64,000 bases of DNA from assembly GCA_028282585.1 (NCBI GenBank), contig JANQHR010000040.1:1-64000 (forward strand), in the 5' to 3' direction. Positions 40,221 through 50,747 of the stretch are shown piece after piece (position 1 is the stretch's first letter; each line of letters starts with the position of its first letter). The translations under genes were made by a program, and so were the position numbers. The notes beneath the pieces were generated by a model. That model had not been told where the DNA came from, made no database searches, and worked only from the letters and a program-made list of their open reading frames with translations. The DNA is from Bacteroidales bacterium. Lineage in GTDB: Bacteria; Bacteroidota; Bacteroidia; Bacteroidales; UBA12077.

Positions 40221-41003
40221 ATGATAAGCGAATTAGCATATATACATCCTGATGCAAAACTGGGAAATAATGTTAAAGTAGAAGCGTTTGCATGGATTGA
40301 TAAAAATGTAGTAATTGGAGATTACACCTGGGTTGGCCCAAATGCAACAATTATGGAAGGGGCAAGAATAGGTAAGAGTTGCAAAATATTCCCAGGCGCA
40401 GTTGTATCGGCAATTCCACAAGATCTAAAATTTAATGGTGAGGAGACAACCGCTGAAATTGGAGATAATACTACATTACGCGAGTGCGTAACAGTAAACC
40501 GGGGAACAGCTTCAAAAGGAAAAACTGTAGTTGGAAATAATTGTCTTTTAATGGCCTATGTTCACATTGGACATGATAGTTTTTTAGGTAATAATATCAT
40601 AATATCAAACAGTACGAATGTAGCAGGTGAAATTATTATTGATGATTTTGCTATAATAAGCGGAGATGTTCAAATTCATCAATTTGTTCATATTGGCGGT
40701 CATGTTATGATATCAGGTGGATCATTAGTGCGTAAAGATGTTCCTCCTTATATCACGGTCGCCCATGAACCTGTTTCTTATGTTGGAGTAAATTCAATTG
40801 GTTTACGCCGAAGAGGTTTCACTAATGAACAAATCACGTTAATACAAGATATTTATAGAGAGATTTTTGTTAAAGAACAAAATGTTACACAAGCTTTAAA
40901 ATACATAGAATCTGAAATTGAGGTAACTCAGGAGCGGGATTATATACTCGATTTTGTGAAAAATTCAGAAAGGGGAATAGTAAGAGGATATAACGGGGTT
41001 TAA
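40221..41003 (+). CDS. lpxA: Acyl-ACP--UDP-GlcNAc O-acyltransferase
   Basis: PQDLKF, TVNRGT, HIGHD, HQF, GLRRRGF. Confidence 0.96.
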   Translation: MISELAYIHPDAKLGNNVKVEAFAWIDKNVVIGDYTWVGPNATIMEGARIGKSCKIFPGAVVSAIPQDLKFNGEETTAEIGDNTTLRECVTVNRGTASKGKTVVGNNCLLMAYVHIGHDSFLGNNIIISNSTNVAGEIIIDDFAIISGDVQIHQFVHIGGHVMISGGSLVRKDVPPYITVAHEPVSYVGVNSIGLRRRGFTNEQITLIQDIYREIFVKEQNVTQALKYIESEIEVTQERDYILDFVKNSERGIVRGYNGV

Positions 41004-41509
41004 TAGTTTACAGTCTCCAATAATTCAAAATCTTTTTCGTGACCATTTTTTTTTATTGTTTCCCAATATTTAAGGGAAATTTCTCCTGTTTTGCCGGTAA
41101 GTTTATTTTTAACTTTGAGTCTTGTTCTTTCTTTTACCTGAACTTCTTTCATATTAAACTCAAAAGGTATTTTAATCATTGACTGAAGATCATCTCCGAT
41201 CTCCAGAACTGTTTCATCTCCCTCCTCATATGTCCACAAGATTTTCATATTAAAACCTGCCTGAAATTTCTGATCAAATCGTTTTAAAAGATCACAAATT
41301 TTTTTGGTAGAACAGCTATTTAAATATGAAAATTCTAAATCTATTTTTGTAAAACCTGCAGGATTTTCCAAATATTCATTAACCCATTCTTCAACAGGTT
41401 TAATAAAAAGCCTAATATTTTCTGGCATTAAACGCCCTTCAATTCTTACTAATCCTTCTTCCAAAAAAACATAAGGAGTATCTATTGATTGTTCTATTTC
41501 CAGGCTCAT
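41000..41509 (-). CDS. DUF1987/SiaC-family protein with C-terminal extension
   Basis: TP.V...G...IEGR.MPEN, YLNSCSTK, WTYEEGDE; extra ~50-aa basic tail. Confidence 0.78.
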   Translation of the reverse strand: MSLEIEQSIDTPYVFLEEGLVRIEGRLMPENIRLFIKPVEEWVNEYLENPAGFTKIDLEFSYLNSCSTKKICDLLKRFDQKFQAGFNMKILWTYEEGDETVLEIGDDLQSMIKIPFEFNMKEVQVKERTRLKVKNKLTGKTGEISLKYWETIKKNGHEKDFELLETVNY

Positions 41510-41584
41510 TTTACAAATATATTTTTACTTCTATTTTGTTTTATTACGTAATGTATTTATTTTGGTTACTTAAAAGCTAATGTT

Positions 41585-44500
41585 TTATAAACCACTGCCA
41601 GCCTGCATCTTACTTCTTTTTCTGTTAAGATATCTTTCTCTAAAATTGAGTGACTGCAAGTATTTCAACCCCCTTCTTAATAGATCAAATAATAGTGCTA
41701 AATAAAGTAAACCTGATAGTACCCAAAGTAAGATAAAATTATACCAAAGAGTGTCAACTTTTATATTGTTTATAATTTTTATTGGTGCATACAAATGGGC
41801 TCTACCAAAATTTGAAGTAGGTTCCATAAAAACCGGATCTTTTTTTTGCACTAACCTTTTTCTTGTTTGATATACTTTATTAATCTCATTTCTATTTAAT
41901 ACAATATCCGCAAGTTTTTTATTATAATACTTTTGTTTAAAATTTACAAATCCATCTTGCCCAAGCTCTGCAACCATTTGCTGATACTTCGCACTTTTAC
42001 GATCATTGGCATCCCTCTCTTTTTCACTTAATAGGTTATCTAAACGAACTAAAGCCTGATAAGCCTGCTCCATTACATTCTCATTAAAGTTATTATAGTT
42101 TAACAAATGGTTATACTGAAATGAAAAACCTTCTTCAGTTAAGGATATTATATCTAATTCATTTCTAATTATTTTTAAATCTCTAACCAAGGCATTTGAA
42201 TCTAAACCGCTATCCTTCCTCCTCATACAAAGATTAAGTTTATTTTGAAGTTCAGGTATCAAGAAAGAAGTTTTATAGTCAGCATTGCTTATGATTTTTT
42301 CATCTTCATAAAAGATCTTTTCGAACTCATTGTTCTTAAACTGTTCAACCATCATAGCTTCATACGCCCAACGTGTTGTCATTAGGTTACCAATAAAAGG
42401 CACATAAGTTTTATTTGTAAAACCTTTGTGCAGATCATCAAAATGAATCATTGCGCCACCGAGAAGTAATTTTGGTACCAGTATTAATGGTATAAGAATA
42501 TATATAGCAATTACCGAATCTAATCCTGACGAAATATTTAGTCCGATAAGGTTACCCATGCAAGCTGCAGAAAAAAGAATTAACCAGAAAGGAATCAGCA
42601 TTCCATGAATTTCCAGAATTGTATTACCTATTAAAGTGTATAGAAATGTTTGTATTGCTGAAATCGTAAATAATATTACAATCTTTGAATTTATATAACT
42701 AAACCAGCTAAGGTTTAGAAATGATTCTCTCTCAAGTATTTTCCGATCTTTTATTATCTCTTCTGCACTGACTGTCAGCCCCAGAAAAATTGCAACCACA
42801 ACGGCCATAAATAAGAATACCGGTAAGTTTTTATTCTCACCAAAAACATAACCATTAGGTGTAATATATTTTGTAAAGTAACCTAATAAAAGAGCCAAAA
42901 GAGGAGCCTCTAGCAAATTAATTAATAAATACTGTTTATTTGTTAATTTCGATAAAATATTACGCATACTAAATACCTGAAACTGCCTAACGAAATTTGG
43001 TATCTTAAAATCTGAATCAGGTAATATCGTTTCAATTTGTTTTGGTTCGATTTTCTTTTCAATATTTTCTAAATATCTATAGTACCATGTTTCCGATTGA
43101 GTTTTTCGTTTACGAATCGTTTTACCATATTCGTTTATTTCTCGTTCCTCTATAATTTGAAGAATCTGATCCGGATTTATATTCCCACAACAAGCACATT
43201 CACTTTCTGCCGCATTAACCAGGGAAGTAACCGTTTTAAAATAAACAACGGCATCCACAGGATTTCCTTGATAAATTGGATAACCACCTTTATCTAAAAT
43301 CCATAGTTTGTCGAATAATTTAAAGATATCCGATGACGGTTGATGGATATTAGCAATAACAAGTTTTCCTTTATGAGCTTGTTCTTTCAGAAGATTCATG
43401 ATCGTCATCGAATCCATTGAAGATAAACCTGAAGTTGGTTCATCAACGAAAAGAAGCATTGGTTCGCGCATTAATTCAAGAGCTATATTTAATCTTTTTC
43501 GCTGACCTCCACTAATAATCTTTTTTAAAGGATTACCAACTTGTAGGTCCCTTGCATCGTAAAGGTCCGTATCAATCATCACAGAATTAACTTTCTCGAC
43601 TAATTGCTGTTCTGTGAAATCACTAAAACAAAGCCGTGCATTGTAATATAAATTCTGAAATACAGTTAGTTCTTCAAACAACATATCATCTTGTGGAACA
43701 TAACCAATTAGTCCGGTTAAACCTTCGCTATGCAAGTGCACTGAATGACCATTTATCTTTATTCTTCCTTTGGTAGGTTTTAATTTACCACACAACAAGT
43801 TTAGTAAAGTTGATTTACCAACGCCACTACCTCCCATGATAGCAATCATTTGACCTGATTGCTCGAAGAAATTGAATTTTTGAATCCCATTTTTACTATT
43901 ACGAAAATAAAACTCCACATCTTTTCCTTCAAACGTTATTTGGGTTTCTTCAGAAGTTAAAATAAACTTTGAAGCTATATCATAATAATAAATTGATTCT
44001 ATATTAGGACCTTTTATGATTGCTCCTTTGTTTAGAAAATAAGTTCTTCCATACCTTATCTTTTGTCCTTCAATATATAAATTGAGTTCACCAAAATACC
44101 TGAATATGAATGCTTGAATGGATTGAATATAAAAAACGACAATTTTACCATATAGATTCTCGCGGAATAAATGCTTGTATGGTTCTTCTTCCTGGGATTT
44201 TTTCTTTTTCATCAACCAGGCTAGGTTATCTGACCATTCTCTTACCTGGTTATCTATTACTAATACTTTATCGTTATCAAGTTTGTCCGGATCACCTTCG
44301 AAAATGAAAGATCTAAAATTTGTAAATTCACTTTCCGATAAACTAAATGATTTTGCAACTGCTTTAAGGAACTCAAATTCTTGTTCTGTAATAAGGTGAT
44401 CTTCATAAACGAACTCTAATAGCTCAAGAAACACGATAACACGTTCATCTCGTAAAAGTCCTTTTTTGATTTGACTACAAACATTTGCTATTTGAAAAGA

Positions 44501-44734
44501 TATTAATGAAGCACTATCTTTTAAATCTTTTACATTTTCCTGCTCAAGCTCTCTTCTATAAAATTCGAGATAATTATCAAATAATCGCAAATACTCCTCA
44601 ATAAGTTCGTTTTTGAGGTATCTTGCTAAATACGCTTCTACGATCTTTCTACCTTTGGCGGTAACTCCTTCCGGGTTCACATTTGCAACAATTGCAAATA
44701 AGTGAATTAATGCATTTAATATTGATTCGCTCAT
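41585..44734 (-). CDS. ABCG-type transporter (ATPase plus ABC-2 membrane domain) with N-terminal TerB-like region
   Basis: GGSGVGKS, GYVPQDD, ISGGQRKR, DEPTSGL, IHQPS; C-terminal TM block; ~260-aa N-terminal extension. Confidence 0.85.
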   Translation of the reverse strand: MSESILNALIHLFAIVANVNPEGVTAKGRKIVEAYLARYLKNELIEEYLRLFDNYLEFYRRELEQENVKDLKDSASLISFQIANVCSQIKKGLLRDERVIVFLELLEFVYEDHLITEQEFEFLKAVAKSFSLSESEFTNFRSFIFEGDPDKLDNDKVLVIDNQVREWSDNLAWLMKKKKSQEEEPYKHLFRENLYGKIVVFYIQSIQAFIFRYFGELNLYIEGQKIRYGRTYFLNKGAIIKGPNIESIYYYDIASKFILTSEETQITFEGKDVEFYFRNSKNGIQKFNFFEQSGQMIAIMGGSGVGKSTLLNLLCGKLKPTKGRIKINGHSVHLHSEGLTGLIGYVPQDDMLFEELTVFQNLYYNARLCFSDFTEQQLVEKVNSVMIDTDLYDARDLQVGNPLKKIISGGQRKRLNIALELMREPMLLFVDEPTSGLSSMDSMTIMNLLKEQAHKGKLVIANIHQPSSDIFKLFDKLWILDKGGYPIYQGNPVDAVVYFKTVTSLVNAAESECACCGNINPDQILQIIEEREINEYGKTIRKRKTQSETWYYRYLENIEKKIEPKQIETILPDSDFKIPNFVRQFQVFSMRNILSKLTNKQYLLINLLEAPLLALLLGYFTKYITPNGYVFGENKNLPVFLFMAVVVAIFLGLTVSAEEIIKDRKILERESFLNLSWFSYINSKIVILFTISAIQTFLYTLIGNTILEIHGMLIPFWLILFSAACMGNLIGLNISSGLDSVIAIYILIPLILVPKLLLGGAMIHFDDLHKGFTNKTYVPFIGNLMTTRWAYEAMMVEQFKNNEFEKIFYEDEKIISNADYKTSFLIPELQNKLNLCMRRKDSGLDSNALVRDLKIIRNELDIISLTEEGFSFQYNHLLNYNNFNENVMEQAYQALVRLDNLLSEKERDANDRKSAKYQQMVAELGQDGFVNFKQKYYNKKLADIVLNRNEINKVYQTRKRLVQKKDPVFMEPTSNFGRAHLYAPIKIINNIKVDTLWYNFILLWVLSGLLYLALLFDLLRRGLKYLQSLNFRERYLNRKRSKMQAGSGL

Positions 44735-44777
44735 TAATTTCTATTTGGAACAAAATTTAAGAAATAATCTGAAAAAT

Positions 44778-44809
44778 AAAAAAAGCTCATGCATTAAAAC
44801 ACATGAGCT
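44778..44809 (-). terminator. Intrinsic terminator between the lipoprotein and ABC genes
   Basis: AGCTCATG/CATGAGCT stem with a U tract on the minus strand. Confidence 0.65.
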
Positions 44810-44831
44810 GTTGATTATTTAAATAAATTAT

Positions 44832-45677
44832 TTAAAGAATAATCTTTTCTCTTAGTGCATTTGTTTGTTCAATTATGCTATTTAACTGTGCTTCAGTGAT
44901 ACCTGTTTCATCTATACTATCAAATACTTCTTTGATAGGATTAAGGTCAGCTAATAATGTTTTAATTGACTCATGTTCTTTGTGTTCTTCCAACATTTTA
45001 ACCAGTTTATCTAGCGAAGATTTTTGATGTAAAATAACTTTTACTAAATCAGGATTATGGTAAACTGTTTCAGAAATATTGCAAGAAATATACATAGCCT
45101 CGATCCATGTACCTGCCAATACAAGAAGCGATAAATCTTCTTTATTATTTCTTACCAGGTATTCATAAGTATCGTAAAAAGAGCCAGTAATTAAATCAAC
45201 TAAAACATCTTTGTTATCAATATTTTCTTCAACCTCATCGATAAAACTTATTGAAAATGCTCCTGTAATTCCAAGTTCAACAACTAAGTTCTCAAGAGCT
45301 TCCATATAAGTCATGATTTCCTGCCTCATATTATAAGTACTTGCATAACTTAAATCTGCACTATAAACACCTAAATTAATTGCCTGGTCCTTATCAGTAA
45401 AATATTTATCTATACTCTCGGTTTTATTTGTAATACCTATGATATAACTGGCTTCTATATCGTTAATCATTTCAGTTATTTCAAAAGCCGTAGGTAATGG
45501 ATATACTATCTCTCTCACATTTTCTTCGAATTCTTCTTTATCAATTTTTGACTCTGATAAAGATTCACTTGAAGTATCTTCTTTCTTACCTCCCGTACAG
45601 TTAGCAAGAGACATCAACAATACTACTGATAATAATACTATTACTGATTTTTTGATGAAAAATTTTAATGTTTTCAT
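44832..45677 (-). CDS. Helical lipoprotein, unknown function
   Basis: Lipobox LANC; AINLGVYSADLSY and GTWIEAMY motifs. Confidence 0.75.
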   Translation of the reverse strand: MKTLKFFIKKSVIVLLSVVLLMSLANCTGGKKEDTSSESLSESKIDKEEFEENVREIVYPLPTAFEITEMINDIEASYIIGITNKTESIDKYFTDKDQAINLGVYSADLSYASTYNMRQEIMTYMEALENLVVELGITGAFSISFIDEVEENIDNKDVLVDLITGSFYDTYEYLVRNNKEDLSLLVLAGTWIEAMYISCNISETVYHNPDLVKVILHQKSSLDKLVKMLEEHKEHESIKTLLADLNPIKEVFDSIDETGITEAQLNSIIEQTNALREKIIL

Positions 45678-45782
45678 TGATCCTTATTTTTTAATTCTTT
45701 TTCTTTTATTTACTTTCCCGAAAAAAGTGGTTTATTTAACGCCTGAAATTTACAGTTTTTTTGTTTATTATCAATTCTAAAA

Positions 45783-46676
45783 TCAGAATAATTTTCTATA
45801 TCCAAAGCCCCAAAGCTCTATTCGTTTAGCAATATATCCAAAAATTAGGGTTGAAAAAAAAGTAAAAGACCCATAAACCACTGATACCATAGCCATCTCA
45901 TAATTATTTAAAAGACTTTCTGCTATATAAATTCCCACAATACTGTTTTTTAATCCCACCTCAATACTTATCGTAAAGTTATTTTTTCCACCCAGCCTAA
46001 GGTATTTGGAAATTAAATAAACAATAAGCATTGAAACAAAATTTAATAGTAAGGCCCAAGGTGCAATGTATAAAAAATCGTTGAATCCATTTTCAGAACC
46101 ATTATCATCGAAGAATATCATTACAAAAAATACAGAAAATAGAATTAATGGCAGAATAAATCTTAAAGGTTTCTGAGCCTTAATTGCAAATTGAAAAAAG
46201 TATTGTCTTATAAACATTCCAAAAAGGGTGGGTAAAATAATTGTAAGAAGAATATTTAATATTGTATTTAAAACATCTAAATGTATTGTTTTAGCTTCGC
46301 CTAAAAATATTTCTAATCCTAGTTTAACTACTAAGGGTAAACTAACAAGTATAATTAAACTATTTAATGCTGTTAATGAAATTGAAAGAGCAAGATTGCC
46401 TTTCAACATGTGAGTAATAACATTTGTAGCTGAACCTCCTGCACATGCTGTAATAAGAATAAATCCGACCTTGATATATGGGTTTAAATTTGTAAATCCA
46501 AATAAAAGAAAAGCAACAAGTGGGAGAATAAATACCTGGCTAATAATCCCAGTCAGAACTGGCTTTGGATAACGCAAGATATTTCTGAAATCTCCTCTCT
46601 CCAGAGATAATCCCATTCCCATCATAATAATTGAAAGGGATAGGGGTAACAGGTATGTTGAAAAAAAAGACTGCAT
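45783..46676 (-). CDS. Bile acid:sodium symporter (SBF) family transporter
   Basis: MMGMGLSL, GGSATN, ALSISLT, EVGLKNS; start set at the second Met. Confidence 0.88.
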   Translation of the reverse strand: MQSFFSTYLLPLSLSIIMMGMGLSLERGDFRNILRYPKPVLTGIISQVFILPLVAFLLFGFTNLNPYIKVGFILITACAGGSATNVITHMLKGNLALSISLTALNSLIILVSLPLVVKLGLEIFLGEAKTIHLDVLNTILNILLTIILPTLFGMFIRQYFFQFAIKAQKPLRFILPLILFSVFFVMIFFDDNGSENGFNDFLYIAPWALLLNFVSMLIVYLISKYLRLGGKNNFTISIEVGLKNSIVGIYIAESLLNNYEMAMVSVVYGSFTFFSTLIFGYIAKRIELWGFGYRKLF

Positions 46677-46732
46677 TTCTACGAAATTAATTAAGAAACG
46701 CATAATTATAAAATTCTGTTATACCAATTTAC

Positions 46733-46769
46733 AAAAAAAGAGAGGGATAAATATTTATCCCTCTCTTTT
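46733..46769 (-). terminator. Intrinsic terminator after the redoxin pair
   Basis: AAAGAGAGGGATAAAT/ATTTATCCCTCTCTTT palindrome with A/T tails. Confidence 0.8.
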
Positions 46770-46785
46770 ACTAATATTTATGGTT

Positions 46786-47403
46786 TTATTTTTTGTAATT
46801 TTTATCTTTAATTGTACAACCAATTGCTTTAGTAAAGTTTGGATCAGGTTTCTTTCCGTCAAGAACCGCCAAAACCGCGTCTGCTAAATAAGCTTTCTCA
46901 ACAGCATTTGCATCTTTATAATTATCATCTATTGCTCCAATATAAGAAACAACAAAACCATTTTCTTTTTTACTCAATAAATAAACATGCGGTGTTCGCT
47001 TGGCTCCATAAATTTTGTATACCTCCTGAGTTTCATCTAATAAGTACGGGAACGTAAATCCTTTCTCCTTTGCCCTAATAATCATATTTTCATAAGAATC
47101 TTTAGGTTGAATCTCAGGATCATTTGGATTTACAGCTATTACCGGATATCCTTTTTTACTAAATTTTTTATCCAAATCAATTATTCTATCCTCATAGGCA
47201 ATAGCGTAAGGACAATGATTACAAGTAAAAATTACAATTGCTCCTTTGGTTGCTTTATCAAATTCAAATAATGAAACCATTTTACCGTCTATATTTTTAA
47301 GTTTAAAATCTGCGGCCTTATCTCCTACTTTATATCCATCTTGCGCATTTAAACCTAAAATGGCAAACATTAAAAACAAACCGGTTGTTAAAATTTTTTT
47401 CAT
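46786..47403 (-). CDS. Exported thioredoxin-like / AhpC-TSA redoxin
   Basis: Signal peptide; [25 protein letters not shown]. Confidence 0.88.
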   Translation of the reverse strand: MKKILTTGLFLMFAILGLNAQDGYKVGDKAADFKLKNIDGKMVSLFEFDKATKGAIVIFTCNHCPYAIAYEDRIIDLDKKFSKKGYPVIAVNPNDPEIQPKDSYENMIIRAKEKGFTFPYLLDETQEVYKIYGAKRTPHVYLLSKKENGFVVSYIGAIDDNYKDANAVEKAYLADAVLAVLDGKKPDPNFTKAIGCTIKDKNYKK

Positions 47404-47430
47404 CGTTTTTTAGTTTAGTTAAACACTTAT

Positions 47431-47913
47431 TTATAAGAATTTTTTTAATTCTGTTTCTAAATCTTCATATTCGAATTCCTGCTCAAAAAAAGCTCTTTTT
47501 GTATTATTATAAATTAATGTTGCCGGAATTGCACCAGACCAATCTTGATTTACCAAATTAATCCAGGAATTACTATCCGGATCATCAAGTATTATAATTT
47601 TTGATTTTATAGCATGTCTTTTTTTAAAATCAGATATTCTACCCTGAATGTTTTTACCAAAGTCAAGACTGACTAATATAATTTCAACATTCTTGTCAAG
47701 ATATTCTTCATAAAGCTTATTAAACGCTGGCATTTCTTTTACACAAGGTCTGCACCATGTAGCCCAGAAATTAATTACATATACTTTATTATCCTTTTTT
47801 TCAAGTAATGGTTTGAATGAATCGAAACCTTCATAGACTTTAAAGTCTTGAGAATTAACATTAGTTATTCCTAACAATAAAAAGGAAAGTATTATTACTA
47901 ATTTTAGCTTCAT
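47431..47913 (-). CDS. TlpA-family disulfide reductase
   Basis: INFWATWCRPC; signal peptide; WSGAIPAT. Confidence 0.9.
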   Translation of the reverse strand: MKLKLVIILSFLLLGITNVNSQDFKVYEGFDSFKPLLEKKDNKVYVINFWATWCRPCVKEMPAFNKLYEEYLDKNVEIILVSLDFGKNIQGRISDFKKRHAIKSKIIILDDPDSNSWINLVNQDWSGAIPATLIYNNTKRAFFEQEFEYEDLETELKKFL

Positions 47914-48039
47914 TTTTGCATGTTTTCAATGTATAACAGATTTATTATTAAATTGTTTTAAATTACTAATTATTGTTTAAACTTTCGGAAAAACAAATTA
48001 GTCTAATTGTTAAATTTTATACCCTAAAATATTACAACT

Positions 48040-50655
48040 ATGTCAAAAAAAATCCTCGTTCATCCATGGTGTTATGTATTTTTCGCTTTTGCGTTTATTT
48101 TCTTTTCTTCTTCTGTATCTGCACAAAACTCAATTCCTACTCCGGAAAGTCATTTTGGTTTTGTTCCCGGTACCGATCGTATGCTTTTTAATTACGACCC
48201 CTTAATAGATTATTTAAAAAAGCTCGAAAATGTTTCTCCAAAAATCAGAACGGAAGAAATTGGAGTTTCTCCAATGGGAAAAACTATGTATGTAACTTTC
48301 ATTTCTTCTGAAAAGAATATCAACAACCTGGAAAAGTTAAAAAAGATAAATAAAGAACTAGCATTAAACTATGATTTAAGCCCGGAAAAATATAGTGAAT
48401 ATGTTAAAGAAGGTAAGGTATTCTTTTTATTTACTCTTTCGATGCACTCAACCGAAGTTGGGCCAACGCAAGCATTACCAAACATAGCTTATAACCTGTT
48501 AACAGCTACTGACAAAAAAACGTTAGATATGCTGGATAATGTAGTTTATATGGTAGTGCCAAATCACAATCCTGATGGAATGGATATGGTGGTTAATCAT
48601 TATAACAAATACAAAGGAACTAAACATGAAGGTTCTTCAATGCCGGGAGTTTATCATAAATATGTTGGTCATAATAACAATCGCGATTTTGTTGCATTAA
48701 CTCAAAGCGACACCAGAGCTATTGCTAACTTATACAATAAAGATTGGTTCCCACAAGTTATGGTAGAAAAACATCAAATGGGTTCACGCGGCCCTCGGTA
48801 TTTTATATCACCTCCGCATGATCCAATTGCTGAGAATATTGATGCAGGGTTATGGAATTGGATGAAAATATTTGGTTCAAATACAATAACTAAAATGACA
48901 GATGCAGGGTTAACCGGAATAGCACAAAATTATTTGTTTGATGATTATTGGCCAGGTGCTACCCAAACCTGTCTTTGGAAAAACGTTATTGGTATGCTCT
49001 CGGAAGGTGCCAGTGTAAAACATGCTACACCTATTTATATAGAACCAAACGAATTAAGTGTTATTGGTAAAGGTTTGGGAGAGTATAAAAAAAGTATAAA
49101 CTTAGTTGAACCCTGGAAAGGCGGATGGTGGCGTTTAAGTGACCTTGTTGAATATGAAACGGTTTCTACAATGGCATATCTTGAAACTGCTTCTTTGCAC
49201 AAAGAAGAAATTTTAAAATTTAGAAATGAAATTTGTAAAAGAGAAGTAAATAAAGGTTTAAATGAGCCTCCATATTTTTACATATTTCCAAAGGAACAAC
49301 ATGATCAAAGTGAATTAGTAAATTTAGTAAACCTTTTGGATGAGCACGGAGTAAATGTGTTTGAGCTTACCAAAGATTTAAAGATAAAAAATACGATTTT
49401 TAAAAAAGGCGATGTGATTGTTCCTTTAGCACAACCATTCAGAGCTTTTATCAAAGAAGTTCTTGAAAAACAAGTTTTCCCTGCCAGACATTATACTCCG
49501 GGCGGAGAAATGATAAAACCTTATGATATTACCTCATGGTCCCTACCCCTGCATAAAGGAGTTCATGTTTTTGAAATTAATGAAAATCCGGAAGTATTTC
49601 AGGGAAATTTTTCGGAAGTAAAATTACCATACAGTTTATATAAGCCTTCAAATAATGATTATAATTCGATTATCTTAAGTGCACAAAACAACAACAGTTA
49701 TAAAGCTGCTTTTAAAGCCCTTAAAATAGGATTAAATGTTAGGCAATTGCAAGAACCTTATTTAGATTACCCTATTGGAAGCTTTGTAATCGATAAATCT
49801 AAAAATATAAATCAAGTTTTAGACGAAATCAATTTTACTCCAGCGTATGTTAACCAAAAAATAGATTTGAAAACACGTGAATTAAAATTACCAAGAATAT
49901 ATTTGCTTGAAACTTATTTTCATGCCATGGATGCAGGCTGGACAAGGTTTATTTTTGACTCATATAATATTCCTTTTAAAACCATTAAGCCTACAGACGT
50001 TAAAAGCATTGATTTTGAAAAAAACTGTGATGTCCTGATTATTCCTGATGAGAGTAAATCGGCATTAATAAGTGGAAATTATAACTCAGAAGGAAATAGA
50101 TACTTTTTAAAATATCCACCTGAATATATGAAAGGGATGGAACAAAAGGGACTTGAGAAAATTTTGAAATTCATTCATAACGGTGGCAAAGTAGTTGCAT
50201 GGCGCGAAGCAACAGAATTATTCTCCGGAATTCAAAAGTACTCAATAAATGATAAAGAAAAAGAAGAGTTTGAATTTCCTGTTAAAGATGTCTCAAAACA
50301 ACTTGTTAAAGATGGCTTCTTTTCTCCCGGTTCGTTACTTAGAATTAAACTTAAAGCAGATCACCCTATTACTTATGGGATGCCAAATGAAATAGGTGTT
50401 TTTCATAGAAATGGGCCGATTTTCAGAACATGGCAGCCATATTTTGATGTAGATAGAAGAGTTATTGCTACTTTCCCTGAAAAAAATATTTTGTTAAGTG
50501 GTTTTATTAAAAATGAAGAAAAAATTGGAAATAAGACTTCAATTGTTTGGATGAAAAAAGGTAAAGGCGAAGTTGTACTATTCAGCTTTAATCCACAATT
50601 TAGAGCTTCAACACCTGTAAGCTATAAACTATTATTTAATTCATTATTACTATAG
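48040..50655 (+). CDS. M14 zinc carboxypeptidase-family protein
   Basis: HSTE, NPDG, NNRD and KHQM zinc/substrate motifs; signal peptide. Confidence 0.85.
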   Translation: MSKKILVHPWCYVFFAFAFIFFSSSVSAQNSIPTPESHFGFVPGTDRMLFNYDPLIDYLKKLENVSPKIRTEEIGVSPMGKTMYVTFISSEKNINNLEKLKKINKELALNYDLSPEKYSEYVKEGKVFFLFTLSMHSTEVGPTQALPNIAYNLLTATDKKTLDMLDNVVYMVVPNHNPDGMDMVVNHYNKYKGTKHEGSSMPGVYHKYVGHNNNRDFVALTQSDTRAIANLYNKDWFPQVMVEKHQMGSRGPRYFISPPHDPIAENIDAGLWNWMKIFGSNTITKMTDAGLTGIAQNYLFDDYWPGATQTCLWKNVIGMLSEGASVKHATPIYIEPNELSVIGKGLGEYKKSINLVEPWKGGWWRLSDLVEYETVSTMAYLETASLHKEEILKFRNEICKREVNKGLNEPPYFYIFPKEQHDQSELVNLVNLLDEHGVNVFELTKDLKIKNTIFKKGDVIVPLAQPFRAFIKEVLEKQVFPARHYTPGGEMIKPYDITSWSLPLHKGVHVFEINENPEVFQGNFSEVKLPYSLYKPSNNDYNSIILSAQNNNSYKAAFKALKIGLNVRQLQEPYLDYPIGSFVIDKSKNINQVLDEINFTPAYVNQKIDLKTRELKLPRIYLLETYFHAMDAGWTRFIFDSYNIPFKTIKPTDVKSIDFEKNCDVLIIPDESKSALISGNYNSEGNRYFLKYPPEYMKGMEQKGLEKILKFIHNGGKVVAWREATELFSGIQKYSINDKEKEEFEFPVKDVSKQLVKDGFFSPGSLLRIKLKADHPITYGMPNEIGVFHRNGPIFRTWQPYFDVDRRVIATFPEKNILLSGFIKNEEKIGNKTSIVWMKKGKGEVVLFSFNPQFRASTPVSYKLLFNSLLL

Positions 50656-50678
50656 AGATTTAAAATCATGGTATAAGT

Positions 50679-50714
50679 AATCAGACCAAAGTATATACTT
50701 TGGTCTGATTTTTT
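50679..50714 (+). terminator. Perfect 32-bp palindrome / terminator
   Basis: AATCAGACCAAAGTATATACTTTGGTCTGATT followed by a T tract. Confidence 0.75.
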
Positions 50715-50747
50715 CGTACAATGCATTATAATTTTTATATTTATAAG

